DNA of 64,000 nucleotides from positions 13 to 64,012 of the forward strand of contig LCMB01000004.1 in NCBI GenBank assembly GCA_001002415.1, read 5' to 3'. This DNA is from Microgenomates group bacterium GW2011_GWF2_46_18 (GTDB lineage Bacteria > Patescibacteriota > Microgenomatia > UBA1400 > UBA12108). This document shows, one piece after another, positions 7,946-16,964 of the stretch. Both the position numbers and the translations under genes were made by a program. A model generated the notes under the pieces. It made no database searches. It saw nothing but the letters and a program-made list of their open reading frames with translations, and had not been told where the DNA came from. Every line of letters begins with the position of its first letter. Position 1 is the first letter of the stretch.

Positions 7946-8368
7946 ATGGCAAACGGACAGATTATAGGCGTAGCGGCGAGTCTTTCCCACAGTGGGCGAT
8001 TTCGCAAGATTTTACTGGCTTTGTTGGGGGCGGTTATAGTGTTGGGACTATTGATGGCACCGATTGAGAAGGGGGCAGTGGGAGCTAGGATCAACAACGA
8101 GGGAGATGGATTGTGGTTTGCGATTACGACGGTGACGGGCGTGGGGTATGGAGATATGGTGCCGGTCACGACTGGGGGACGGATGGTGGCGGTACTTTTG
8201 GAAGTGTTTGGGGTGGTGTTGTTTGGGGCGGTAATGGCGTTTGTCTCAGTGGAACTTCTTAGGTATCAAGAAGACTTTAATATGCGAAGGATACTCGAGA
8301 GATTGGACGAACAAGATAAGAAGATGGAAGAGATCAAAAAAGAGATTGGGTATTTGGTGAAGAAATAG
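7946..8368 (+). CDS. Small two-TM potassium channel-like protein
   Basis: The selectivity-filter motif 'TTVTGVGYGDMVP' sits between two hydrophobic helices. The tail is charged and coiled. Confidence 0.75.
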   Translation: MANGQIIGVAASLSHSGRFRKILLALLGAVIVLGLLMAPIEKGAVGARINNEGDGLWFAITTVTGVGYGDMVPVTTGGRMVAVLLEVFGVVLFGAVMAFVSVELLRYQEDFNMRRILERLDEQDKKMEEIKKEIGYLVKK

Positions 8369-8375
8369 GAGAACT

Positions 8376-8954
8376 ATGAAAAAAATAATCGTGATAATGG
8401 GAGTCGTGATTTTGGGAGGGTTGTGGTTCGGATGGAACAAGGTTAGACTGACAAATTCAAGATTACCGAGCCCAACTCCAGATATGTCTGGGGTGGAACC
8501 GTCGAGTACTTCGTTAGAGGTGGTAGCTTACACGGGAGAGTATCGTGATTCACAGGCAGGATTTAGGCTGAAATTCCCGGGAACAATGTATGTAGTGCGG
8601 GGTCAGGAAGAGACCTACCCTCCGCCCGAAGAAGGTGAGCCCATTTACTCGGAGGCAGAAAGTTATGCGACGATCCAGATAGGTTATGATCAAAATTTGG
8701 AGTCAGGGATACAGATTAACTATGGTAAGCCGGTGTTGGACGGGAAGGGTGGGGCTTGTATGACGGAAAGTGGAGAAAATGCGTGGAAAACCGTGATGCT
8801 GAATGGAGTAGGAGCTGAAAGCTCCTGTGAATATACAATTGCGTACCCGGTTCACCCCAACAAAAGAATCGAATATTTGATTGTTCCTCATGGAAACGAA
8901 GCGGAAACGAAACAATATTATGACTTGATTCTCACTGGATGGCAGTGGCTATGA
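8376..8954 (+). CDS. Hypothetical membrane-anchored/secreted protein
   Basis: It has an N-terminal hydrophobic helix 'IIVIMGVVILGGLWFGW'. I recognise no family. Confidence 0.5.
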   Translation: MKKIIVIMGVVILGGLWFGWNKVRLTNSRLPSPTPDMSGVEPSSTSLEVVAYTGEYRDSQAGFRLKFPGTMYVVRGQEETYPPPEEGEPIYSEAESYATIQIGYDQNLESGIQINYGKPVLDGKGGACMTESGENAWKTVMLNGVGAESSCEYTIAYPVHPNKRIEYLIVPHGNEAETKQYYDLILTGWQWL

Positions 8955-8966
8955 GATAATAGGGGA

Positions 8967-9872
8967 ATGACCAAGTTGTTGCTCGTTGATGGATCTGCAC
9001 TTTTGCATCGGGCGTATCATGCGTACCCGCCGCTAACTTCGCGAACAGGAGAAATAGTTGGCGCGGTGTACGGGGTGACATCGATTTTGATTTCGGTTTT
9101 AACGTCTGAGAAGCCAACTCAGGTGGTGGTTGCCTGGGATTTGCCTAAGCCAACATTTAGGCACGAGAAATATGTGGGGTACAAGGCACAACGCCCCAAG
9201 GCAGATACCGAGATGGTGGAGCAGATCCCAATGGTCAAGGAAGTAATTAAGACCATGGGATTAGTACAGGTTGAGCAAGAGGGATATGAAGCGGACGATA
9301 TTATTGGGACCTTAGCTAATAAACAAGAGGGAGAAATTTTGATATTAACGGGAGATCAGGACACCATGCAGTTGGTGAATGAGCGGGTCAGGGTGTTAAC
9401 CCCAGCCAAGGGAGCCAATCCACCGGTCTTGTACGGGCCAGACGAGGTGTGGAATAAGTACGGAGTACATCCATCCCAAATAGTGGATTACAAGGCACTG
9501 GTCGGGGATACAAGTGATAATATCCCGGGAGTAGCGGGAATCGGACCCAAGACAGCGGCCAACCTAATCAAAATGTTTGGATCACTCACGCGAATATACC
9601 GAGACATTAAGGAAGTGCAACTTCATTTTGGGGAACTGGTAGCCAAAAAATTGGCGGATGGGAAGGAGAGTGCTTTAATGTCCCAAGACTTATCAAGGAT
9701 TGTGACAACCATGTCGCTAACAGTAGCCAGCGAGGAAATAGAGTATAAAGGTTTGGAGAGCCTAGCCTTACGAGCTAAACTAGAAGAATTGGGCTTTCGC
9801 AGTTTAATTAAGCGGATTTGGGGAGACGAGAGCAAAAAACCCCAAAACGACAAGCAAATAGGATTATTTTAA
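8967..9872 (+). CDS. 5'-3' exonuclease (Pol I N-terminal/FEN-like, standalone)
   Basis: 'LLLVDGSALLHRAYHA', 'GYEADDIIGT', and the H3TH motif 'GDTSDNIPGVAGIGPKTA'. Confidence 0.85.
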   Translation: MTKLLLVDGSALLHRAYHAYPPLTSRTGEIVGAVYGVTSILISVLTSEKPTQVVVAWDLPKPTFRHEKYVGYKAQRPKADTEMVEQIPMVKEVIKTMGLVQVEQEGYEADDIIGTLANKQEGEILILTGDQDTMQLVNERVRVLTPAKGANPPVLYGPDEVWNKYGVHPSQIVDYKALVGDTSDNIPGVAGIGPKTAANLIKMFGSLTRIYRDIKEVQLHFGELVAKKLADGKESALMSQDLSRIVTTMSLTVASEEIEYKGLESLALRAKLEELGFRSLIKRIWGDESKKPQNDKQIGLF

Positions 9873-9873
9873 G

Positions 9874-10965
9874 ATGAAAATTGCTTTGGTTCACGATTAT
9901 TTAAACGAGGCAGGGGGAGCGGAGCGGGTCCTAAGGGTACTCTCTGAGATGTATCCAAAGGCGCCGATTTATGTGGCGTTTGCCAAACAGGGAACGGCTA
10001 AAAAGATGTTAGATGAGAGGGGTAAGAGGATAGTGGAAAGTTCGTGGGGGTGGTTACTCAAAATCGGCCGGATGTATAGCTACTTACGTTGTTGTTTGCC
10101 ATGGGTGTGGAAGAGTGTGGATTTGACGGCATATGATTTGGTGATCACCAGTTGCTCAGGATATATTGCCAGGGGATTTCGGGTCAAACCAGGAGCTAGG
10201 GTGGTAGCGTACTGTCATACACCCCCAAGATGGCTGTATGGGTATGACACACCGACCGGAGCTAACCGGCAGTGGTGGGGCAAAGCTTTTATGTGGGTGG
10301 TGGGACCATTTGTGCGCTACTTTGATTACCAGTCAGCTCAGCGGGTGAATACCTGGATCGCCAATAGCCGGGAAGTGGCTAAGCGAATCGAGAAGTTCTA
10401 CCGCCAGAAAGCCGAGGTAGTATACCCGCCAATCGAGATGCCAGAAGTTAGACGAGAGACGGTAGCTAAGCGAGGAGATTATTATTTGGTGGTAGCGAGA
10501 ATGGTGGGAGGGAAGGGGATTAGAGAGGCAATCGCGGGAGCGAGAAAAGCTGGAGTTGTACTAAAGATTGTCGGTGAAACGGTGGGGGCAGGAATTAGGA
10601 AAGAGGAATTAGAAAGTAGGAATGTAGAATATTTAGGGAGGGTGGAAGACAAAGAATTGGCTAAGCTTTATGCGGGAGCGAGGGGACTGGTGGCTTTATC
10701 GCGGGATGAAGACTTTGGGATGACAGTGGTGGAAGCAATGGCCATGGGGACTCCGGTACTAGCGTTTAACGGCGGGGGATACAAGGAAACGGTGGTACCA
10801 GGTAAGACGGGGATTTTGATTGAAGGAACAGACGCCAAGACGGTGGCGGAGGGAATTAGGCGGATGGAGCAAATTAAGTGGGAGCGAGAGAAAATAGGGC
10901 AGTGGGCGAAGAAGTTTAACCGAGCGAGGTTTGAAAAGGAGATCCGGGGGGTAGTCGGTGCCTGA
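9874..10965 (+). CDS. Glycosyltransferase, GT-B fold (GT4-like)
   Basis: 'MKIALVHDYL', plus a C-terminal E-x7-E region 'EDFGMTVVEAMAMGTPV'. It contains heptad array (a). Confidence 0.75.
   Translation: MKIALVHDYLNEAGGAERVLRVLSEMYPKAPIYVAFAKQGTAKKMLDERGKRIVESSWGWLLKIGRMYSYLRCCLPWVWKSVDLTAYDLVITSCSGYIARGFRVKPGARVVAYCHTPPRWLYGYDTPTGANRQWWGKAFMWVVGPFVRYFDYQSAQRVNTWIANSREVAKRIEKFYRQKAEVVYPPIEMPEVRRETVAKRGDYYLVVARMVGGKGIREAIAGARKAGVVLKIVGETVGAGIRKEELESRNVEYLGRVEDKELAKLYAGARGLVALSRDEDFGMTVVEAMAMGTPVLAFNGGGYKETVVPGKTGILIEGTDAKTVAEGIRRMEQIKWEREKIGQWAKKFNRARFEKEIRGVVGA
10591..10632 (+). repeat. GGAAnnA heptad array (a), 6 units, in-frame inside the glycosyltransferase
   Basis: GGAATTA GGAAAGA GGAATTA GAAAGTA GGAATGT AGAATAT, translated 'GIRKEELESRNVEY'. 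Confidence 0.85.
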
Positions 10966-11728
10966 ATTACCAGAGGTAGAGACGATAAGAAGACAGCTAG
11001 CGACTATTTTGGTCGGCAGGCGAGTAACGGGAATAGAAGTACGGGAGGAAAAGAGCTACCTTGGGCCAAAGCGCGTAGATCAAGTGATAACCAAGGTTGG
11101 GAGAGTAGGGAAGTACTTATATTTTGATTTTGCGGACGGGAGTATGTGGGAGATACATTTAAAAATGACGGGAAGGTTGATATGGGACAGAGCGGATTAC
11201 GAGAAGGCCAAACATACGCGGGTGGTAGTAGTAATGGAGGGGGGGAAATTATACTTTTGGGACACACGCAAGTTTGGTTATATCAGGGTGGTAAGCGAAC
11301 GGAAACAATTGGGTAAAGATCCGTGGGAGATGAGCGAAGCTGAACTTATGCGTAAATTACAAAAGACGGGTAGATCCGTAAAAGAAGCAATACTTGATCA
11401 AAGTTTGTTAGCAGGGGTGGGGAACATTTATGCTAATGATGGCTTGTGGGAGGCGAGGATAAATCCCAAGCAAAAAGCCAATACTTTGACGATCCCCCAA
11501 GTGAAAAAATTATTGTCAAGCTTACGCAGGGTAATGGAGCGAGGACTAGCTACGGGAGGAGCGAGTGACAACAGTTATGTGAACGCGAAAGGTGAGATGG
11601 GGAGTTACCAAAATGAATTTTTGGTATACGGGCGGACGGGAGAGCCATGCAACCGGTGCGGGACCAAACTAGAGAGGATTGTGGTTGGGGGGAGAGGGAC
11701 GTGGGTGTGCCAGAAGTGCCAATTGTGA
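10958..11728 (+). CDS. mutM: Formamidopyrimidine-DNA glycosylase
   Basis: Catalytic N-terminus '(M)PELPEVE', an H2TH region, and a C-terminal zinc finger 'CNRCGTKLERIVVGGRGTWVCQKCQ'. The GTG start overlaps the upstream gene's end. Confidence 0.9.
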   Translation: MPELPEVETIRRQLATILVGRRVTGIEVREEKSYLGPKRVDQVITKVGRVGKYLYFDFADGSMWEIHLKMTGRLIWDRADYEKAKHTRVVVVMEGGKLYFWDTRKFGYIRVVSERKQLGKDPWEMSEAELMRKLQKTGRSVKEAILDQSLLAGVGNIYANDGLWEARINPKQKANTLTIPQVKKLLSSLRRVMERGLATGGASDNSYVNAKGEMGSYQNEFLVYGRTGEPCNRCGTKLERIVVGGRGTWVCQKCQL

Positions 11729-11750
11729 GGTCGCTGTATAATAAGAGGGA

Positions 11751-12836
11751 ATGAAGTTAGAGAGAATACGTCTAGAGAATTTTCGCAGTTACGAAAAGCA
11801 GGAATATCGATTTGGAGAGCGAACCATTATCGTAGCTCCCAATGGGGCAGGGAAAACTAATTTACTAGAGGCAATTTATTTACTTCTTGCGGGAGAGAGT
11901 GAGCGGGCTAGTGTAACCGAAGAGATGATTACCTGGGAAAAACCAATTGCAACAGTTAATGCGGTGCTGGAAGTGAATGGGAATCAGGAATTAGGAATTA
12001 GGAATCAGGGAAGTGATTATATTGAATTGACAGTAATTCTCACGCGAGGGAGTTACATGGGCAAAGTGACCCCCAAGCGCAGGTATTTGGTCGACGGAGT
12101 CGCGCGGACCAAAGCCAAGTTTGTGGGGAAGTTACCGGTCACTCTCTTTCGCCCCGAGGATATGCGGTTAGTCGAGGGGTCGCCTCCTAGGAGACGGAAT
12201 TTTTTGGATGAGAGTTTGACCCAGGCACACCCAGAATATGCGCGAGCACTGACCGTATACGAAGCCAGTCTGCGCAGGCGCAACAAGCTACTGGATGCCA
12301 TCCGTGAGGGAGTGGCCAGGCGGGAACAATTGACTTATTGGGATCAGTCGGTCATTAAAAACGGCAATATTGTGAGTAATTTTCGCCGGGAGTTTTTACT
12401 GTATTTGTCGAGGGTGAGTACTAGTTTTGGCAAGTTTAAACTAGAGTATTTGGCATCGGAGGTATCACCCGAGCGACTAACACAATATGCCGAGGCAGAG
12501 GTGGCTGTCGGGTACACTCTGGTTGGGCCGCACAAGGATGATTTTAAGATTTTCCAGGAAGGGAAGGATTTGATGGTCTATGGAAGTAGGGGGGAACAGC
12601 GGCTAGGAGTGCTATTTATGAAGATGGCGGCGATGAAGTATGTGGAAGAGAAACTAAAAATCAAAAGCTTGTTACTGTTGGATGATATTTTTTCTGAGCT
12701 GGATCAACTGCACCGCGAAGAAGTGGTAGTCATGATGGAGGGGAGGCAGACCATCGTAACCAGTGCCGAGGAAGAGGCAACCAAGTTAGTTAAAGGAGCA
12801 GAGGTGGTGAGATTAACGAAAAATACTTTAGATTGA
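11751..12836 (+). CDS. recF: DNA replication/repair protein RecF
   Basis: 'LENFRSY', Walker A 'APNGAGKTNLLEA', the 'GSRGEQR' signature, and Walker B 'LLLLDD'. It contains heptad array (b). Confidence 0.9.
   Translation: MKLERIRLENFRSYEKQEYRFGERTIIVAPNGAGKTNLLEAIYLLLAGESERASVTEEMITWEKPIATVNAVLEVNGNQELGIRNQGSDYIELTVILTRGSYMGKVTPKRRYLVDGVARTKAKFVGKLPVTLFRPEDMRLVEGSPPRRRNFLDESLTQAHPEYARALTVYEASLRRRNKLLDAIREGVARREQLTYWDQSVIKNGNIVSNFRREFLLYLSRVSTSFGKFKLEYLASEVSPERLTQYAEAEVAVGYTLVGPHKDDFKIFQEGKDLMVYGSRGEQRLGVLFMKMAAMKYVEEKLKIKSLLLLDDIFSELDQLHREEVVVMMEGRQTIVTSAEEEATKLVKGAEVVRLTKNTLD
11980..12007 (+). repeat. GGAAnnA heptad array (b), 4 units, inside recF
   Basis: GGAATCA GGAATTA GGAATTA GGAATCA, translated 'NQELGIRNQ'. 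Confidence 0.85.
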
Positions 12837-12841
12837 GTAAT

Positions 12842-13294
12842 TTAGCGAGAATTCATGTAACGGGATTGGAGTATTGAGGTTAATTCACTATTTATGTCGT
12901 ACCCGGCCGTGATACTTCCAGAATTATTTAGCTCAGTAAAATAACGGTCGAATACTCCGGGCTGTGATTGAGACAATGTCCGAACCATATTATTGTGAGC
13001 CTCAATGATAATTCTTGCCGTTCTGGGATCTAGTCTCTTGATTTGATCGAAGAAACTAAGGCTGGGTCCTTTTCGTTCAGAATCTCTTCTACTTTGACTG
13101 GATTGAAGTAAAGATACAACCTTATCCAATTTTTCATCATCCTTCTTGACCAGTTCAAGAATACGTGTGGCGATATGGTGGAAAAATTCGCTTCGAGTAG
13201 CAACGGCATCTTTGCCTTCCTGATGTGCACGGGACAAGATATCTGGTTGTTCTGCAGAGAAGATAGTTTCAACTCTTTTACCAAACAAATTCAT
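12842..13294 (-). CDS. Hypothetical protein
   Basis: A 150-aa ORF with plausible composition that fills the gap between convergent and divergent genes. No family recognised. Confidence 0.45.
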   Translation of the reverse strand: MNLFGKRVETIFSAEQPDILSRAHQEGKDAVATRSEFFHHIATRILELVKKDDEKLDKVVSLLQSSQSRRDSERKGPSLSFFDQIKRLDPRTARIIIEAHNNMVRTLSQSQPGVFDRYFTELNNSGSITAGYDINSELTSILQSRYMNSR

Positions 13295-13323
13295 AAATTA
13301 AGTATTAGCATATAGGATAGAAT

Positions 13324-14115
13324 ATGTCTATGGGAATTGACAAATATATTGAGCAGATTGTGTTGCCCAAGAAGAATTCGCGCAAAGGGGAGAATGGGCG
13401 GGTACTGGTTATTGGGGGGAGCCGACTCTTCCACGTCGCCTCTTTTTGGTCGGCATGCATGGCCAGCAAGATCGTGGATATGGTCCATTTCTCGAGCCCG
13501 AAGATGGAAAATAATGAGCTGATGCGGGTCAGGGCTAAAGCTAAGTTTTGGGAGGGGATTGTGGTCCCATGGGAGGAGGTCACACACTATATCGAGGAAG
13601 ATGACAGTATATTGATTGGACCGGGGATGGAGCGAGGGGAGGACACAAAGAAGATAGTGAATGATCTGCTTGCCAAGTATCCAGATAAGCGGTGGGTGGT
13701 GGATGGGGGAGCTTTGCAGGAGGTGGATCCAAAACTATTAAATAAAAAGATGATTGTGACTCCCAATAAGCGGGAGCAGGAAATCTTGGCTGGGAAGATT
13801 CCACCGGGAGTCACCGTTTTGGCGAAGGGGCCGGTAGACGTGATTACCCAAGGGAAGACAAATATCGAGATTACGGGAGGGAGCGCGGGGATGACCAAGG
13901 GAGGGACAGGGGACGTACTGTCGGGACTAGTAGCGGGACTGTACGCCAAGAGCCCAGCCCTAGCTAGTTGTGTGGTTGGGAGCGAGGTCAACAAGCGAGC
14001 AGGAGAGGCCTTGGAAGGTAGGGTGGGGCCATTTTTCTCGGCGAGTGAGCTGATCGGGCAAGTACAGAAAGGACTTGGCGATGTAGTTAGGGTTGAAAGG
14101 ATGAGCAAGAAATGA
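13324..14115 (+). CDS. nnrD: ADP/ATP-dependent NAD(P)H-hydrate dehydratase (YjeF C-terminal type)
   Basis: 'GENGRVLVIGGS' and the C-terminal 'GGSAGMTKGGTGDVLSGLVAG' carbohydrate-kinase signature. Confidence 0.75.
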   Translation: MSMGIDKYIEQIVLPKKNSRKGENGRVLVIGGSRLFHVASFWSACMASKIVDMVHFSSPKMENNELMRVRAKAKFWEGIVVPWEEVTHYIEEDDSILIGPGMERGEDTKKIVNDLLAKYPDKRWVVDGGALQEVDPKLLNKKMIVTPNKREQEILAGKIPPGVTVLAKGPVDVITQGKTNIEITGGSAGMTKGGTGDVLSGLVAGLYAKSPALASCVVGSEVNKRAGEALEGRVGPFFSASELIGQVQKGLGDVVRVERMSKK

Positions 14116-14207
14116 TACAACAGGGGTAATGAGTGTAAAGGTAAGGGGTGATAGTATTTCGTATGTAAGAGATGTGTATGGGTGGTTTGCTCGAGAAAAG
14201 TACGGGT

Positions 14208-14236
14208 TTGACACAGTTAATTTTCTAACCTATAAT
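14208..14236 (+). promoter_or_regulatory. Consensus sigma70-type promoter TTGACA-17-TATAAT
   Basis: TTGACA at 14208-13, an exact 17-nt spacer, then TATAAT at 14231-36. The first in-frame ATGs follow at 14247 and 14250. Confidence 0.7.
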
Positions 14237-14246
14237 GTGGAGGAAT

Positions 14247-16394
14247 ATGATGTCTATGCCAGAGTTTAATGAGGGAATGATTGAAGGGGAACAGGGCAAG
14301 GGTGTGGAGCCGTTTCTACGTTCGGCACTAGAACAACATGAGACAGACGCAGGAGTACAGACGCTGCCTGAGCTATTGGGGATGATGGAGTTATATGGTC
14401 AACCCGCGGACAGAGAGTATGGTTTGAAGCAAGGCGGTTGGGCAAAGACGGGGGAGGAGATGAGCAAGGAGTTGGGGTCCTATGTCAAAGGAGAGGGACA
14501 ATTATCAAATCAGACACAAATTGCAGTATTAGAAGCAGTGGGAGTGATGGCGGAAAAGGCGGGACAACTAAGGCGCTCACCGGCTTACCCCGAGTGGAAT
14601 CGACAGCGGAAAGAGGCGATGGCCACACTGACAAAGCGATGGGGGGTAGAACATGGATACGCGATGTCCGGCCAGGAGTATGTCCCGGTCTCACAACTAT
14701 TGGGGTGGAGTAAGCCTGAACAACGGTTAGTAAAGAGCGGACAAACCGAATCGGTTGACTTGGGACAAGTTTGGAAGGATATCAAGATAGAAACAGCAAG
14801 GAAACTGACGGATTCTTTGGCAAATGTGAAGGGGATTATTGATTTTGCTATAAAACATCCGAGAGAAGTTGCAGTCAATGTAGCTTTAACGGCGACACTG
14901 GCGGCGTGTGGAGTGGCTAATGGGGAAGGGCGGCCAACAGTAGAAATACCCAACGGTGGGGGAGAGACCCCAGCGGCTGTAGTTAGTTCAACGATGACGG
15001 CAACGGCAGAAAGTAACGGGCAGACAATTACATTCCAGGAACAAGGATTTGAGGTGGGGGAGGGGATGACATTAACATCGGGAATGTTGGATTTGGCGAA
15101 AATGGAACAGATGTACCCGGATGGGGTTGAGGCTTTACGAACACTAGGGAAGGTTCCGGAGGCAATGAATTTTGGACAGGTGATAGTTCAGGATGCGAAT
15201 GGGGAGGATATAGAATATTCTCTGGCGATGGACCCGGCGACCGGAGAGGCGATGGTGGGGTGGATTGCCGGAGCGGGAAATGAGTGGAGAACGCCGGAAG
15301 CTGGCGAGGCGGTGGTTGATGGAACTTGGAATTGGGTGAAGGTAAGTATTACGAAGGGGAGTGATGGGAGTGAGCTCGTCAGTGCATTTGGTGGCAGGAT
15401 GGTGTTATTTGAGGTGGGAGCGGATGGAACTTGGAAAGTGGGTTTGCCGATAATTGATGCTTTAACTGGTGAACAGATAGTTTTGGATCAAGTGTTGCCT
15501 GGGGGTGGAGGAGGAGGACTATTTGCTCCCAAAGAGTTTTTTGCGGAAACGTTGCCTGGTGAACCGACCGAGGCGCCGACACAAGAGACAGTTGAGGTAA
15601 ATAAGCTTCAACCAGAAACTGTGGGATGTTTACACCCAGAAGATATAGAGACTTGGTGTGCGGGACTGGAACCCAAAGACCCGCACGGATTGTGGCAGGA
15701 CGGGATTGACGCTTTGGTAGATGGACCTGCAAATGCGGACTATTGGGCAAGCACGTTGGGCAAAACTAATCCAACTCATGAAGAAATAATAACCTGGCTT
15801 GCCGACCACGATTATTTCCTGCCTTCGGCTAGTCCCGACGGGACAGAGTGGGTGTGGGTCGTGGGTAACCCAGGTTACCCAGAATTTAAGACCAACGAAG
15901 TGGTAACAGAAGCCGGGGGAGTGAGCCTCAAGAATATTTGGACAGTGGTGATCTCGCCAGATAATTGGAGCCAAATAAAGGACTGGTGGAGAGCACAGAT
16001 TGACGCACAAAGAAATAGTCCGCCGATTAAGACTGGTGGGGATACGGTGTATAGTCCAACATCGGTGTATGGCTGGTTGGCGGTGAAGAATGGGGAGAAG
16101 GGATTGGTAGAAATGGTATTTGTGGGTGGGAGTTCATATATTCCGGATAACGCAAGACAAAAAGGTTACGATAAGGTAATGATGGGAGGAGAGGGAGCGA
16201 ATAATGCGGCGGTTTTCACGGCGATGTGGGAGAGCTTTATGCGGGCAAGCAGAGAATTTGCTGAGAAAGACTTGGATTTAGGAAGTCCGGATGATAAAAC
16301 ACCAAGTATGAGTATTGTGGGAGCTTATAAGGGAGAGGCTAATTATCCAACTGATCCAAGTAAGATGGAAGAAGAGGAAATTTGGTTTGAGTAG
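14247..16394 (+). CDS. Large hypothetical protein with one internal TM helix
   Basis: The ORF is long and uninterrupted. The track start at 14235 lies inside the -10 box, so ATG 14247 or 14250 is more likely. The hydrophobic segment is 'VAVNVALTATLAACGVA'. No family recognised. Confidence 0.6.
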   Translation: MMSMPEFNEGMIEGEQGKGVEPFLRSALEQHETDAGVQTLPELLGMMELYGQPADREYGLKQGGWAKTGEEMSKELGSYVKGEGQLSNQTQIAVLEAVGVMAEKAGQLRRSPAYPEWNRQRKEAMATLTKRWGVEHGYAMSGQEYVPVSQLLGWSKPEQRLVKSGQTESVDLGQVWKDIKIETARKLTDSLANVKGIIDFAIKHPREVAVNVALTATLAACGVANGEGRPTVEIPNGGGETPAAVVSSTMTATAESNGQTITFQEQGFEVGEGMTLTSGMLDLAKMEQMYPDGVEALRTLGKVPEAMNFGQVIVQDANGEDIEYSLAMDPATGEAMVGWIAGAGNEWRTPEAGEAVVDGTWNWVKVSITKGSDGSELVSAFGGRMVLFEVGADGTWKVGLPIIDALTGEQIVLDQVLPGGGGGGLFAPKEFFAETLPGEPTEAPTQETVEVNKLQPETVGCLHPEDIETWCAGLEPKDPHGLWQDGIDALVDGPANADYWASTLGKTNPTHEEIITWLADHDYFLPSASPDGTEWVWVVGNPGYPEFKTNEVVTEAGGVSLKNIWTVVISPDNWSQIKDWWRAQIDAQRNSPPIKTGGDTVYSPTSVYGWLAVKNGEKGLVEMVFVGGSSYIPDNARQKGYDKVMMGGEGANNAAVFTAMWESFMRASREFAEKDLDLGSPDDKTPSMSIVGAYKGEANYPTDPSKMEEEEIWFE

Positions 16395-16439
16395 GCGTGT
16401 GGTTGAGGGGGAGAGCGAATTTCGTGTATAGTGGAATTA

Positions 16440-16964
16440 ATGAAGAAGTGGGTGGGGGTGATTTTTCTGATAATTTTGGTTGTGTTGTTAGCGGTGTGGG
16501 TGTGGGTAGGGGTAAATGGAGTGCAGGTGGGAAAGGGGTATTTGGTGGTAGGGAGAGGGTTAATGATCCAGAATAAGGCAGCTTTGAGAGAGATGGTTGC
16601 AGTGGGGAGAGAGGCGGCGGGGTTTTATAAACCCTATTTGGTGATTTGGGCACGGGAGGGGCTGGTGAGTCAGGAGTATGGGCTGTGGAGTGTGAATACC
16701 CTAACCAGGGAGCCGATGACAGGGTGTTTGGTGCCAAAAACCTATCTGGCCAGGAGTGTGGTGCTGGTGACACTGGACGTAGATGCTAACCGTTTGATTG
16801 CGCGGTACGGGGTAGAGGCATCCCCAGAGTGGCTAAATAAGATTGTGACGGGGTGTTGGGCGTTTGGGCTAGCCAGCGGGGAGCGGGGGGAGAGCTTGGC
16901 ACGGGTGAGAGAGGCAATGGATAAAGTTAGGGGAGAGAGAGCGGTGTTTGGAGGCGGGCTATGA
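16440..16964 (+). CDS. Hypothetical membrane-anchored protein
   Basis: 'MKKWVGVIFLIILVVLLAVWVWVG' is an N-terminal TM helix. ATG 16440 lies 7 nt after a TGTATAGT -10-like box. The gene's stop overlaps the start of the next gene. Confidence 0.5.
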   Translation: MKKWVGVIFLIILVVLLAVWVWVGVNGVQVGKGYLVVGRGLMIQNKAALREMVAVGREAAGFYKPYLVIWAREGLVSQEYGLWSVNTLTREPMTGCLVPKTYLARSVVLVTLDVDANRLIARYGVEASPEWLNKIVTGCWAFGLASGERGESLARVREAMDKVRGERAVFGGGL